A DNA stretch of 64,000 nt from Macrostomum lignano (GCA_002269645.1 NIVC01000268.1:248001-312000); one strand, 5' to 3'. Shown: positions 24,518 to 35,443, numbered from the stretch's first letter. Translations and numbers: made by a program. Notes: generated by a model from the letters alone, not told the origin.

Positions 24518-26121
24518 GTACGAGCGTTACTATAACTATAGCCTGCATTTATTAAGAGAAGAATAGCTGGGGTAAGAATAGACAGCAATTATCTGCTTTT
24601 GAGAACAAACAAAAGCGTAGTGCTGTGAATTGTTTCGCAGAGCATTAGGCAGTATAACTGTCAATTTATTCTGACTGAGTGACACTTATTCACCTGCTTG
24701 GCAAATTACAGTGTACGCAGGCAGTAAAAAAAACAAAACAGCGTTTTGCTTAGCAACGGTGAAGATGTACATTTGGCACCGTGCAGCCGTTTCTTTGCGC
24801 TCATTTTTGTTTACCACTTGTTGATATACTCGGAGTTCGTACAGTAGCACATAGCTATCATCAAAAATACTTGAGTTCAGAAAAGAGAACTTCCATTTTT
24901 AAAACAGTTTTCTCTGTGCTTATATATATGCACGGGAGCAAGCATGAGAAACGCCTCACAAAAAGAGAACTTCAATTCTATACCTATTAAAGAAAACGTG
25001 TGATTTATCGATGGAATAATTTTTATATATTCACGTGAAGCGTTGGTAAGCACTATCGAATATGAATGACTTTTTCTACTGCTAAGCGATCGTGTTTGAT
25101 AATTTCTAGAATATTTTCATGGCTTATTTATCCTGATACTTATTCTAAGTTGATGTTAGAATACTCATGGACAGCTAAAAACAGTCAGACGCTACATGCA
25201 CTTGCAAATCCGGAAATTTTCACCCTGAGGTCGATTTTGTTTCAATACCATTCAGACTGTGCGTTATGACACAACTGCGTTCCCAGTGTGTTGCGAGCTA
25301 AAAATTTCAAAGCGTTGGTTACAAGACTAAGATCATACAAATCAGTTCTGTTATTCCGAATCCATGGAGAATTTCGCCATTAATTTTCCGGGAAAGTAGA
25401 TTGACTAAAAATCTCCTAATTATTAGTTCAATAACTTATGTACAGATAGTTTTGTAGTATTGACCGCGTGGTATACTACAACTTCGACAAAAATACACTA
25501 CAGAGATAAGATAAAAATACATTTATCATTAATATTTGCAGGAGGGTTGTGGGAAACCTGGCGAAACGCAACGCATCACACGGCAACCCCAATTAATCCA
25601 ACAATAGTTTCGTGCAAAAGCCCAATACATGTAAATGTGTTTGCGCACGGAATCGAACCAGGGGTCGTAGCGAGAGAGTTTGTCACTGAGCAGCAGCTCG
25701 GCCCTCTTACGAGACAGGATGAAGATCGACATTGAATAATGATTCTTGCATGGAAAATCAGCCGACAATGTTCAGACTAAGCTCGCGCATATTGTGTCAA
25801 TGGTTCAAGTCTAACTCCACACCCCAGCTCCACCCTTGTCTACTTTAGCCACACATGTTTGATCAAATAAGAATGGGAATCAAGAACTTTGACTTGTCAG
25901 CGTGCTAGATTCCTCCATTTTCTCTAAAAAGTTTCCAACTACCTACCAAATGGGAATTTTACCGCCCAATTTTCTAGATCATCAAGAATAATGATTGAAA
26001 AAATTCAAACTCGGAGAAAGTATGGTGTCTGGGTGAAAGTATACGTAGTTTTGTTTTAACGATGCACTTTGAGCCATTAGACAAACCGATCAGTTTAATT
26101 GCAAGCATAGATCCTATATTA

Positions 26122-26702
26122 TACTTTTTTGCGATTGAATTCGTCCAAACTGCAAAACCTTTCGTCCACAAATGCTTTCTTAATGGGAGCTAAATTTAGA
26201 TCATACCATAGACAACTGTGTTCACGCAAAACGGTTCATCCAGTTTGTAAAACATTTCGTCCCCTAGACTAGAGACCGAGTGTACTGTTCCTACCATAGT
26301 TAACACCCAATTGACAGTTCGCTTTTGCTACCACTACAGCTACAGCAACGCATATCTTCCATTCTGAACCTGGTAAAACAGTCGAAGATGAACCGAGGCC
26401 CCTACCATCCAGTGTCAAACAAAGAGCGCAGGCGATTAGCCTTGGCTGTTGAAGAAGGCTGCGATTGGAAACAACTGACACTGTTTTTGCTTTGTTCAAT
26501 ATCTCGTGATATCAAATAAAGTCGCTCCGTTTAGCTGTTAGCTGTTTGGACGAAGGGTTTAGACGAAATGTTTTACAAACTGGATGAACCGTTTTGCGTG
26601 AACACAGTTGTCTATGGTATAATCTAAATTTAGCTCCCATTAAGAAAGCGTTAGTGGACGAAAGGTTTTGCAGTTTGGACGAATTCAATCGCAAAAAAGT
26701 AT
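26122..26702. mobile_element. Tc1/mariner/IS630-like internal-deletion derivative with about 140-bp TIRs
   Basis: 26122-26261 is the reverse complement of 26562-26702 with about 3 mismatches and has TA-containing ends. The spacer holds ATG 26388 MNRGPYHPVSNKERRRLALAVEEGCDWKQL, like the N-terminal HTH of IS630/Tc1-type transposases. Confidence 0.7.
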
Positions 26703-27082
26703 ATTATATTATATTTTTATATAAGATCTATGATCGCGAGTAAATGAAAGGATTGATTTATCATCATCTTTGTTGCATTGAATTTGAATGTTCAATAAGC
26801 AAAATGATATTTTTTTAAAATTTATCACAATTATGGTATACAGCTTGTAACTCAACCGTAGACTCATTTAAACCTGCCAACAAATGAAGACAATATTGTC
26901 TGTTGAATTTTAGCGTCAATTCTGCGTTAACACACGACTTGTACATATCACACACTTCACTTTGCACATCAGCTGCGCGACGATGTAATTCTTTCATGGC
27001 TAGAAAAACTCAAAGTTGTATTTTTCAAAGATAAAAACAATATTTGAACAATTTCAGCTTACAAATCGGTTTGGAAACAAAG

Positions 27083-28537
27083 ATGACAACATCGAGCTCT
27101 CTCACCATTCCTGCGGTGGGCCATCCATTCACCCTTGGTGCACTGTACAACAGCAGGACCAGCCAAATCATCCCCGGAGTCAAGTTATTCACCGCTGAGC
27201 AGATGCAGACTATGCTGACCGAAACTAAGAACATCAGCATGGAGACCGATATCGTCACAGAAACGTCAGCGAACAGCAAAAACCTGAGCACAAAAGTGAC
27301 CGGAAATCTGTCGCTGTCAATTCTATCGGGACTGGTGTCCGCTAGCGGCTCCGGGAACTACCAGACTACCTTAAAAGAGAAGAAAGAGACGGAGAGCGCC
27401 ATATATCGACTGCAAGTTCAAGGAAAGTATTGGGAACTTGTTGTCCCACCGGATTTGAAGCTGAAGAGCTCAGCGAGCTACAAAGATGCCACTCACGTAG
27501 TAATGGGAATTCAGTACGGCGGAGCCGCTCTGTTCTTTTTCGAGCGGGACAAAGAAGACTCCGCAACGAGCGACAAAACCGGAGGCGGTCTAAAAGCTCA
27601 GATTGGCAAGTTTGCATCGTTGGTCAGCATCTCTGGAGCTGCCTCGCTTGACATGACGTCGGAGGAAACGAAAGTCGTGCAGAAGATCCGAGTTGCCTAC
27701 AAGGGAGACTTCCACCTGGCCAGCCCACCGACCAACTTCATTGAAGCCATGAAGTGCATTCAAACAATCCAAGCTGCTGAAGCTAGATCGCCACTGACGG
27801 TCAACCTGCTTCCTCTGTCACTGCTGGTTGAAGACACTCCACCAGCGCCCCTGCCACTACCGCCCACGTGCATCTGCAAAACTGTTCGCTGCTACGAAGT
27901 GCTGAAAGAAGCTCTGACTACTCTGGAGGAAATTATTTACAAGCTGAGACCGACAGCGTGGACTCACGTGGTGAAGAAGCTGGAAGCGGAAGTTCGGGAG
28001 CTCGAATCATTCAAGTCTTCCCTTGATGATGCTGTGAGGGAAGCTGTTCTAGATCACACGACTGAGCCTTCCAATCAAGCGAGCAAAATCGGGTTGAAAA
28101 CGGACCTTTTCGACGCTGGAAAAAAGTACGCTCACCTACAGGAATGGGCCACCGCAGTCGCCGATACCGGTGACGTTCTGGTTGTGATTTCCAATAAGTT
28201 CCGAGAGGCTGGCGCCCAGATAATTAAAAGCCAGGCCCAGAGAGCCGAATTCATCATGAGGAGCATGACAGAACCAAACCAAAAGATGTACTGCCTGTCT
28301 TGCCCGATGAAATTGTTTGAACTGCAAAAGTTCGAGCACCAAGTTGAATTGAAACTCTGGAACAACAAACAGCTCGAGAAGAAATTTTACAAAAAGTTAG
28401 TAGAATATTGCCCCACGCCAGGGAATCAAAAGCTCAAATTGGTGCAACCTCTAGTAGCTGTTGAGCAATCCGAGGTTCCTGATTCTGACGCATCCGGAGT
28501 GCAGGTGACCTTCCGGAACCTCTCATCGGATTCCTGA
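27083..28537 (+). CDS. Stonustoxin/verrucotoxin-like MACPF/CDC pore-forming-domain protein A (484 aa, intronless CDS, no signal peptide)
   Basis: LTIPAVGHPFTLGALYNSRTSQIIPG, LSLSILSGLVSASGSGNY, ATHVVMGIQYGGAALF, YKGDFHLASPPTNFIEAMK and PLTVNLLPL align with SNTX hallmarks (MPALGRPFTLGMLYD, LGVSFLGGLVEVGGSAKY, ATHVVTSILYGANAFF, FHGDFLLESLPTTFEDAVK, PMKVWLAPL). Confidence 0.88.
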   Translation: MTTSSSLTIPAVGHPFTLGALYNSRTSQIIPGVKLFTAEQMQTMLTETKNISMETDIVTETSANSKNLSTKVTGNLSLSILSGLVSASGSGNYQTTLKEKKETESAIYRLQVQGKYWELVVPPDLKLKSSASYKDATHVVMGIQYGGAALFFFERDKEDSATSDKTGGGLKAQIGKFASLVSISGAASLDMTSEETKVVQKIRVAYKGDFHLASPPTNFIEAMKCIQTIQAAEARSPLTVNLLPLSLLVEDTPPAPLPLPPTCICKTVRCYEVLKEALTTLEEIIYKLRPTAWTHVVKKLEAEVRELESFKSSLDDAVREAVLDHTTEPSNQASKIGLKTDLFDAGKKYAHLQEWATAVADTGDVLVVISNKFREAGAQIIKSQAQRAEFIMRSMTEPNQKMYCLSCPMKLFELQKFEHQVELKLWNNKQLEKKFYKKLVEYCPTPGNQKLKLVQPLVAVEQSEVPDSDASGVQVTFRNLSSDS

Positions 28538-29559
28538 ATTAGATTGACGGCACCCTTGTTTGTGAGTATCGACAATATTCGATTGTGAAAACGTGAACTG
28601 GCGAAATTTTGCTATTTCTAATTGACGAAACTGTAGAGTCGAGACGTAGATTTTTTGCCTTGGAATTTTCACATTCACAAGTTTTTATATCAAGTGTTTA
28701 CAGCTTGTTAAATTTTCAACTAGCTAAAGCTACTTGACTTGCCGTGGATTTTTTACAACATTTATTTTTCGCGACAGCAAGTTGAGCAGAATAAGCCGCG
28801 GTTAGTACACATATTCTACTACTGCTAATATACATTTACGCTAATAACCCAGAACATTATTGAGTTGTTAAATCAATAAAGTTTATTTTATTCGCACCTA
28901 TAAATAAGTGATTTTTATTTTTATTTTCACCATAGATTTTTTAGTACCTGTGCTTTTTACTAATTATTCTGATCCTTCTTGCTCAACTTACTCGCGTGTT
29001 TCTTATTCAGTAAATTGCATGCGTTCTACGAGCGTAATTAAATTTTAACTTTAAAAAAGTAAAAAAACAAAAAAACATGAACTTTCTTTGTTTAATAAAC
29101 AGTATACTCCAATTTATATTAACTATACGTGTGTGATGTGGGTTTAGTTTTTTAAGCAGGCATATTTTTTCACTGTCACTAACCTTTAAGCATGTAATCC
29201 AGATTCGTAGCAATTAAATATTTGCTCTCAGTAAGTATATTAATAAAAATACCGATTGTTGAACAAAACTTTGTTTTCTTCTTTTATATTTTTGATTGGC
29301 TAGTGCGCAAAGAATCATATTAGAAGAATAGCTACGTAGCATCTCCTTTGTATAAAACATATTTAGTTCCCTTAACCCAAGACACAACATCGACCCTTCC
29401 TGGAGAAATCGTTAGTGGGCATGTTAAAGCGGTAGAACTTTAAAAAGGATTTATTCCTATTACTTTATATAATTACATTTTCAAAAGATGCAAACCCTTT
29501 TCTCGCACTAACAATCATTTGCCAAACATTTCAGCACAATCCTGACGAACGACTTCAAC

Positions 29560-31584
29560 ATGCAGACTCAACCGGAGTGCATCCCGTCTCTGGGCCGGGC
29601 CTTTCAGCTCGGACAGATGTACGACATCCGACAGCACCGGATCATTGCACAGTCGGCCTGGCCCACAGATCGAATTCGGCGAATGACGACTCGGCTGGAT
29701 GATGCGCCCAGCGTGAGGTTTTCTCTGGACTACGAGTACAGCTCGAAGCGCCGAGCGGAACAGCTGGGGCTGAACGCCCAGCTGAGGTTTTGCATTGAGT
29801 TCAAATTGGCCTGGTGGAAACTCGGCGAGAAGTCAATGACAGGATCAGCAAAATACGTCACCGAGGCAAGCTCCAACGAGACCAGTGGAAGCGTCACTTT
29901 GCAGTACGACGTGAAGGGTCCGTTTGAAGAGCTTCAGTGCTGCAACGAGCCTGTAGACAATGAGAAGAAGTTACTAAGCACTGGTGCAACACACGTTGTG
30001 ACAGGAATCCGGTACGGAGGCAAGGCGTTCATTGTCTGCAAAGGCTGGTCCAATGCGTCCAGCTTCTTCGAGCGAGCAACATCTGACTGTCATGAACTGG
30101 TAGATTGGAAGGTGGAACAGTGGATCAGAGATGCTGGGCAGTCTGCCAGATCATTCGCTAAATTTGACTTGCCGAACCGCTCAAGTTCTGGCAGTTATCA
30201 GATCGAATGTCACACCGACTTCAAGCAGCCAAGGAAGACCATGAGAGAGCCACCAGATGTTTTAGAGTATTTTAAATCGTTAGATTCAAGGGATGCAAAC
30301 AAAGCAATGGAAATTCATCTCACTCCATTGCGCTACTTTTGCCCGTCGGTTCCAGCTTCAGTCCCAATGGCAAAAACGCAGCATCTGGAAGATGCCTGCC
30401 AGTACCTTCAAGCGTTGAAGGCCGGCTTTGAACAGTCCGAGGATCTTTTGGACAAGATCAGCCGGGAGGCAGAGTTGAACATTTCAATCGGAGAGACACT
30501 GCATGGCTACAAGAGAGAGCTGGACACTCATGTGAGCGAGTACACACAGCGGATGCAACAAAGTTTTGTGAATCATCGCACTTCGGACGAGTTTGCTGAA
30601 GCTCATCACGCCGGCAGTTTAGACAGCGTCTTCACCTACAGCAGCATGGACACCTCTTTGAACATGTTTGGTCGCCAAACTACCGACCTCTGCGATTTAA
30701 GTGCAAAGCTTCGACAGGGTATTGACGCTACAAGCGCGGAAGAACTTGAGACAAAAGCAGAAAGATTGGCAAAGGAAATCGAAGACCTGTTCAGCATACA
30801 CGACTCGAACAAGCAGCTCCAAGAGCAAATGTGCCCAGGACAGAGCCACTTTAGAATTAAGCGCACCAGAATCGAAGAAAGAAGTCGGGATGATCGGTCC
30901 TGCATCACTTGGTGCATCAGGTGTCGAAGTACGTGTCATGCAAACTGTGGCGTGCCGAATAATGAGGATAAAGCAAGGTGTGGTGCTATGAAACCTAATG
31001 GATACTGTAAAGAGTGCGACTGCCACTGGAGGCTTCACCGGAACACCAGCACCGAACAGAGAGAGGTTGAACACTACGAATTTGTTCCCATTGACAGAGT
31101 GAGCAAGAAGTATGGAGAAAATCCGAACCAGCGCGGTGCTGTGAGGCGTCTCAAGTATCACCTTGGAATGGACGCGAAGATGGCTTTGCAGAAAACGGCC
31201 TACGAACTCGTGAAAGCGCACAGGTGCTTGAAAGGCCTGCACCAGGACGTCAACTTGGATCAGTTCATTAGAGACAAGCTTCGGTCCAAGCGGCTCGATC
31301 CAGAAGATTCCTCCAAGTTGATTCAGCTGACCAAAGCTATCGATGCACGAGTTGAGGATAGAACCGATTACGCTAGGTTTGAATGGCAGTCACGAAGGCA
31401 GGAACCTCCGACAACGCCGCCGACATTTGGTGCAGTAGGAGTAGTCGCCGGTGATGTACATGGACGCCTCTCTGCAGGTTTTCCTGGTGTCGGTGCATTC
31501 GGTTCTGCTTGGCACGAAAGGCCCACCAGGCGACAAAATCGGGATTCAAATCCTCAGTCTGATTCGGAGTGCGTTATTAGTTGA
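29560..31584 (+). CDS. Stonustoxin-like MACPF/CDC protein B with Cys/His-rich module and C-terminal CaaX (674 aa, intronless CDS)
   Basis: IPSLGRAFQLGQMYD, TGSAKY, ATHVVTGIRYGGKAFIV and MEIHLTPL are SNTX hallmarks; helical region; CITWCIRCRSTCHANC...C...CKECDCHWRLHRN; ends ECVIS*. Confidence 0.85.
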   Translation: MQTQPECIPSLGRAFQLGQMYDIRQHRIIAQSAWPTDRIRRMTTRLDDAPSVRFSLDYEYSSKRRAEQLGLNAQLRFCIEFKLAWWKLGEKSMTGSAKYVTEASSNETSGSVTLQYDVKGPFEELQCCNEPVDNEKKLLSTGATHVVTGIRYGGKAFIVCKGWSNASSFFERATSDCHELVDWKVEQWIRDAGQSARSFAKFDLPNRSSSGSYQIECHTDFKQPRKTMREPPDVLEYFKSLDSRDANKAMEIHLTPLRYFCPSVPASVPMAKTQHLEDACQYLQALKAGFEQSEDLLDKISREAELNISIGETLHGYKRELDTHVSEYTQRMQQSFVNHRTSDEFAEAHHAGSLDSVFTYSSMDTSLNMFGRQTTDLCDLSAKLRQGIDATSAEELETKAERLAKEIEDLFSIHDSNKQLQEQMCPGQSHFRIKRTRIEERSRDDRSCITWCIRCRSTCHANCGVPNNEDKARCGAMKPNGYCKECDCHWRLHRNTSTEQREVEHYEFVPIDRVSKKYGENPNQRGAVRRLKYHLGMDAKMALQKTAYELVKAHRCLKGLHQDVNLDQFIRDKLRSKRLDPEDSSKLIQLTKAIDARVEDRTDYARFEWQSRRQEPPTTPPTFGAVGVVAGDVHGRLSAGFPGVGAFGSAWHERPTRRQNRDSNPQSDSECVIS

Positions 31585-34089
31585 ATTTTAAATACATTTA
31601 TTTCTGTACATGTACGAGATCCTGTCCTGTACATGTCGTATAATTTCCGTTAAAATTACGAGTATATTAAGTTGTAAATGAAGCACAAGGCAACAAAACT
31701 TGGCGTAACTTCCGAGTCCTAGCTAAGTGCATGCGAACTATGGCTAGAATCGAACAAAACAAGCTCAACTTGTAGTAACTTCACGTAGTACCTTGCTGTT
31801 TTACACAATTAATCTTAAATTAACTTTAGAAACCTGAGAGTTAATTTTGCACTAATTTTAATTCATACAAGTGCATATTGCTGAAAGTAGCTTGTTTGCA
31901 TCTTACGCTATTTTTTATTTCAGTTACGATACATTGAATAATCACAGTTTGGTAACCGACCCTTCCGGAATTTGGATTTCTAAAGATGGTCATTTTACTA
32001 GCAAATGTTTATGAGATCAACGATAGATAAAATTATATTTGATTCCACGCTTATTTACCATTCGACCCGATTTGTACAAAATAAGAACTCTGCCGTGTAT
32101 ATTTTGATGCGGTTTTTTAAGCGTACTTATTCAGTTACATATAATACATTATCCCGATTATGAGTGTTTCGCATCCGCATGATCGACACATGATTTAGCA
32201 GTTTACCTGGCTTATTAACTTGCGACCAGATTGGACCATTTCTTGCAGAGTCGCTTTGCTAAGAAAACCGGAAAAGCAGAGCTCGAGGAGTTGAGCACGT
32301 GCTGAAGAGCTGCATGCAAGCGCGACCCAACATTCTGATTGGTGCAGACTGGGCACTTTTTGTCGAGACAGAATAAGCACACGGTCACTGTACTATTTAC
32401 TACAAACGAACGAAAAAAGACAAGATTTATTACACCCTTCATTTAGACGGATCCATCACAATCACATCGGGTTGGTAGATCTTTAAAGCCATCGCCAGGA
32501 TGAAAACAGCCTCCGACTCCTGTCGCTCATAGCAGAAGACAGTCCATAAGAGCACAACCGCAGGAATCTCTATCATCGACGCTAATTCACGCCTTCCTAT
32601 AGCCGAAGCTGCATGGTCTGTCGCTCTCTTGAATGCAGCAGACATCGTAGCGTGCCGCGATTTCGACAAACCGATTAACCAACCGCTGAGAACACTTCGC
32701 CGAAGTGATCTTATATATTGCCAAAACTGCAAGTGATTTTGTCCGCGGAAAGTTATGCCTCGGCCTATTCCCCATGTCCCATAGGACCCCAGCAGCATGA
32801 GCCATAGAGCATAGACTAATTATATCGGAAAACTGCATTCAATTTTGTCAAAACTGCAAACCTAGTTTGCTTGCCTGAGAAAAATTTTTTGTTGTAATAT
32901 AAATTCAGTACATGGATGAACTGAACTGTAACACTGAGCAGTGAACATGCACAACATACAGTGTATCACAGCTCTCCGTTGTACATGCACCATGCAGCGT
33001 CGAGACGGCGGCTGCCGCCTTTCCCAGTGACTGGTGCAGCCAGACACTGGGATTGACATTTTTCGAAACAGCCAATTAGCACCGATCTAGCACATGTGTA
33101 CGAACGGATCAACCAACAAGTGCGACACCTTCAACGGCGTCGCCGGTGCCATCATCAGCCCCAACAGCTCCAGCTACTGACTACTGTCTCCTACAGTAGT
33201 CCGGCCGGAGCGGTAACCTCGCTAAGACAATTCGTAATTCAAATTCAAAGCTTGCTGATGAACTCGATCCACTTGTTGGCAGTAATTGGTTTCCATTAAA
33301 ATTTTAGCTTTTTGCAACCAGCGGATGTAATTTCTTCCACATCCTTCAGAAAAGATGCGGCGTTTCTCTGCACTTCAGACTCATCAGCTCCTCCTCATCC
33401 AGCAATAAAACCAATGACCATCTTGAGAGTTGCTAATTGCCCCTTAAAGTCACTTAAACCTAAAGGCCACAGAATATATTCTGTGCAGCTTACTGAAAAA
33501 TTCAATTGCTTCTCCATGGTGCATCGCTTGAGTCAAGGAAAAAAGCAAAACAGTCATTTATGTTAGGAAGAGTCACTTCGAATAGAATTTTGTTCGACAA
33601 ACTGTAGCTTTTCAAATTTTATTTTTGCTGCCTTTAAGCCCATGCATTGTGCAAAGTACAGAGAGCGCAGTCTCTACCATATTGTTTGTCAGCTGTTAGC
33701 GACCAAAGTCAGGTGACTGCCTCATTTGGTGCACCGTGCTCTGACAACTAGAGGTAAGAGGCTCGCCCAGCTTATTGGTGCCATATGCCTCGTATAAAAT
33801 TGGCTTTTTACTCTGTTCAAGCACTCGGGGAAGACGCGTCAGACATTGATTCCTGCAATCCACTGTAAGCATAACGAGTGATCGCTATATCACCCACTGT
33901 GCATGGTGTACTTGCAACATCCCAGCATGACTGGCCCAGATGTAATTCGATTGTCACTGTGCGGACGAACGCGTGTACTCTGCAGCTCTTCGACGGGCAG
34001 AGCTAGGGCGAACTCGAATATTGGTGAGCTCGATAGGCTAGAGTAACTGGCAGGTGTGAGGTACGGCGCCAGCACATCACGTGAAAGGG

Positions 34090-34680
34090 GGTACATGGGG
34101 GCACTATGGGGGAGAGCCCATTGGTGAGGGCACAGGGGCATTTGGGAGAGAGGTCAGAGAGCGCAGCGGTGAAGGAGGGCACGGGGGTATGGGGGAGGTC
34201 ATATGGGCAATGGGGAAAGTACAGGGATATGGGGATAGCTGATCACATAGATTTTGGGGGGGGGGAGGTCACATGGGTATTGGGGGAGGTCGGTTGGATG
34301 TGGAGGAGGGGGTTAAATGGGGGGTCACATGGATATGGTGTGGGGGCCGCATGGATATGGACGAGGGGTATTGGGGTCACATGGGTGAAGGAGGGTTATG
34401 GGGGAGGGGTCATATGGGTATGGAGGGGGGTTATGGGGGAGGGGTCATATGGGTATGGAGGGGGGTTATGGGGGAGGGGTCATATGGAAGAGGGGTCATA
34501 TGGAGGAGGGGTCATATGGGTATGGAGGGGGGTTATGGGGGAGTCATATGGGTATGGAGGAGGGTTATGGGGGAGGGGTCATATTGGTATGGGGAGGCCT
34601 ATGGGAGGAGGGGTCCCATTGGTATGGAGGGGGGTTATGGGGGGAGGGGTCACATGGATATGGAGGAGGACACAGCTAGA
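34090..34680. repeat. Degenerate G-rich minisatellite (about 33-35-bp unit GGTTATGGGGGAGGGGTCATATGGGTATGGAGG)
   Basis: Read directly; open in all three + frames with different low-complexity products. Confidence 0.85.
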
Positions 34681-35387
34681 GGTACAGATATAAATGCTAT
34701 TAATTAACTTGAGAAAGCGAATAGTTGATACGTACGAGTGTAGCCACTGTCTCATGCAAGGCAAGAAAACTGTACTGTGCGAATCGGTTATCTAATTCTA
34801 AATTAATTAGTTTAGCTCAAAATAGATCTTTACCAGTCGACACACTACTGGCTAGTAGCATATGTTAACTTTTGTTTCACTGGTGACGTCATAAATGTAG
34901 CTTCAGAACGCTATAATTAATTGCAACTAATGGTATAAACTGAAGCTTCTGTCGCCTATGGCGTGTAATATACTAAAACAACACTGTCAAAGAGGCTTGA
35001 AATTTAGTTACGAGTAGCTAAGATGTCTAGTGATATAAAATATACATCATGATTTTTAGCAACGCTATTTATTTTCATTAAAACTTTTTTATTTAAACAA
35101 AAGAATACCATTAAATGAATAGGATATCAAACTATGAAAGTTTAATGAAATAATTTATATAGATACAAGTAAGAGTTTCCCTAATAGGTTAAGAAAGTGT
35201 ATAGCTTTTTGAGTATATTCTCTTGCTACACAAAACTTGTACACAAAGCAAAGCCTGATTATTCCAAGTACTCGTAAAACATGTTAACAAAGTCTATACG
35301 AAAAATTCTTTTTTCCAAGAAGGTACAGAATGCTTACTAGGATAACTCGCTATTAGGAATGATCGCTACTAGAGAATGACTCAGAAC

Positions 35388-35407
35388 TGTCTGTCTATCT
35401 ATTCATT

Positions 35408-35443
<36 letters not shown>

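Noticed and set aside
25630-25700. tRNA-like B box (GGTTCGATTCC) on the minus strand
   Set aside because: No acceptor-stem pairing or convincing A box/cloverleaf; at most a decayed SINE head.
27083-31584. Horizontal transfer from bacteria as the origin of the intronless SNTX-like genes
   Set aside because: SNTX-like proteins are known from animals. No Shine-Dalgarno or bacterial neighbours; eukaryotic acceptor, poly(A) and CaaX signals are present. Needs a phylogeny before any claim.
33340-33400. Hammerhead-like CTGATGA...GAAAC on the minus strand near the possible Penelope remnant
   Set aside because: Stem II lacks the closing G-C pair, and I could not find the required stem III/UH cleavage triplet or stem I.
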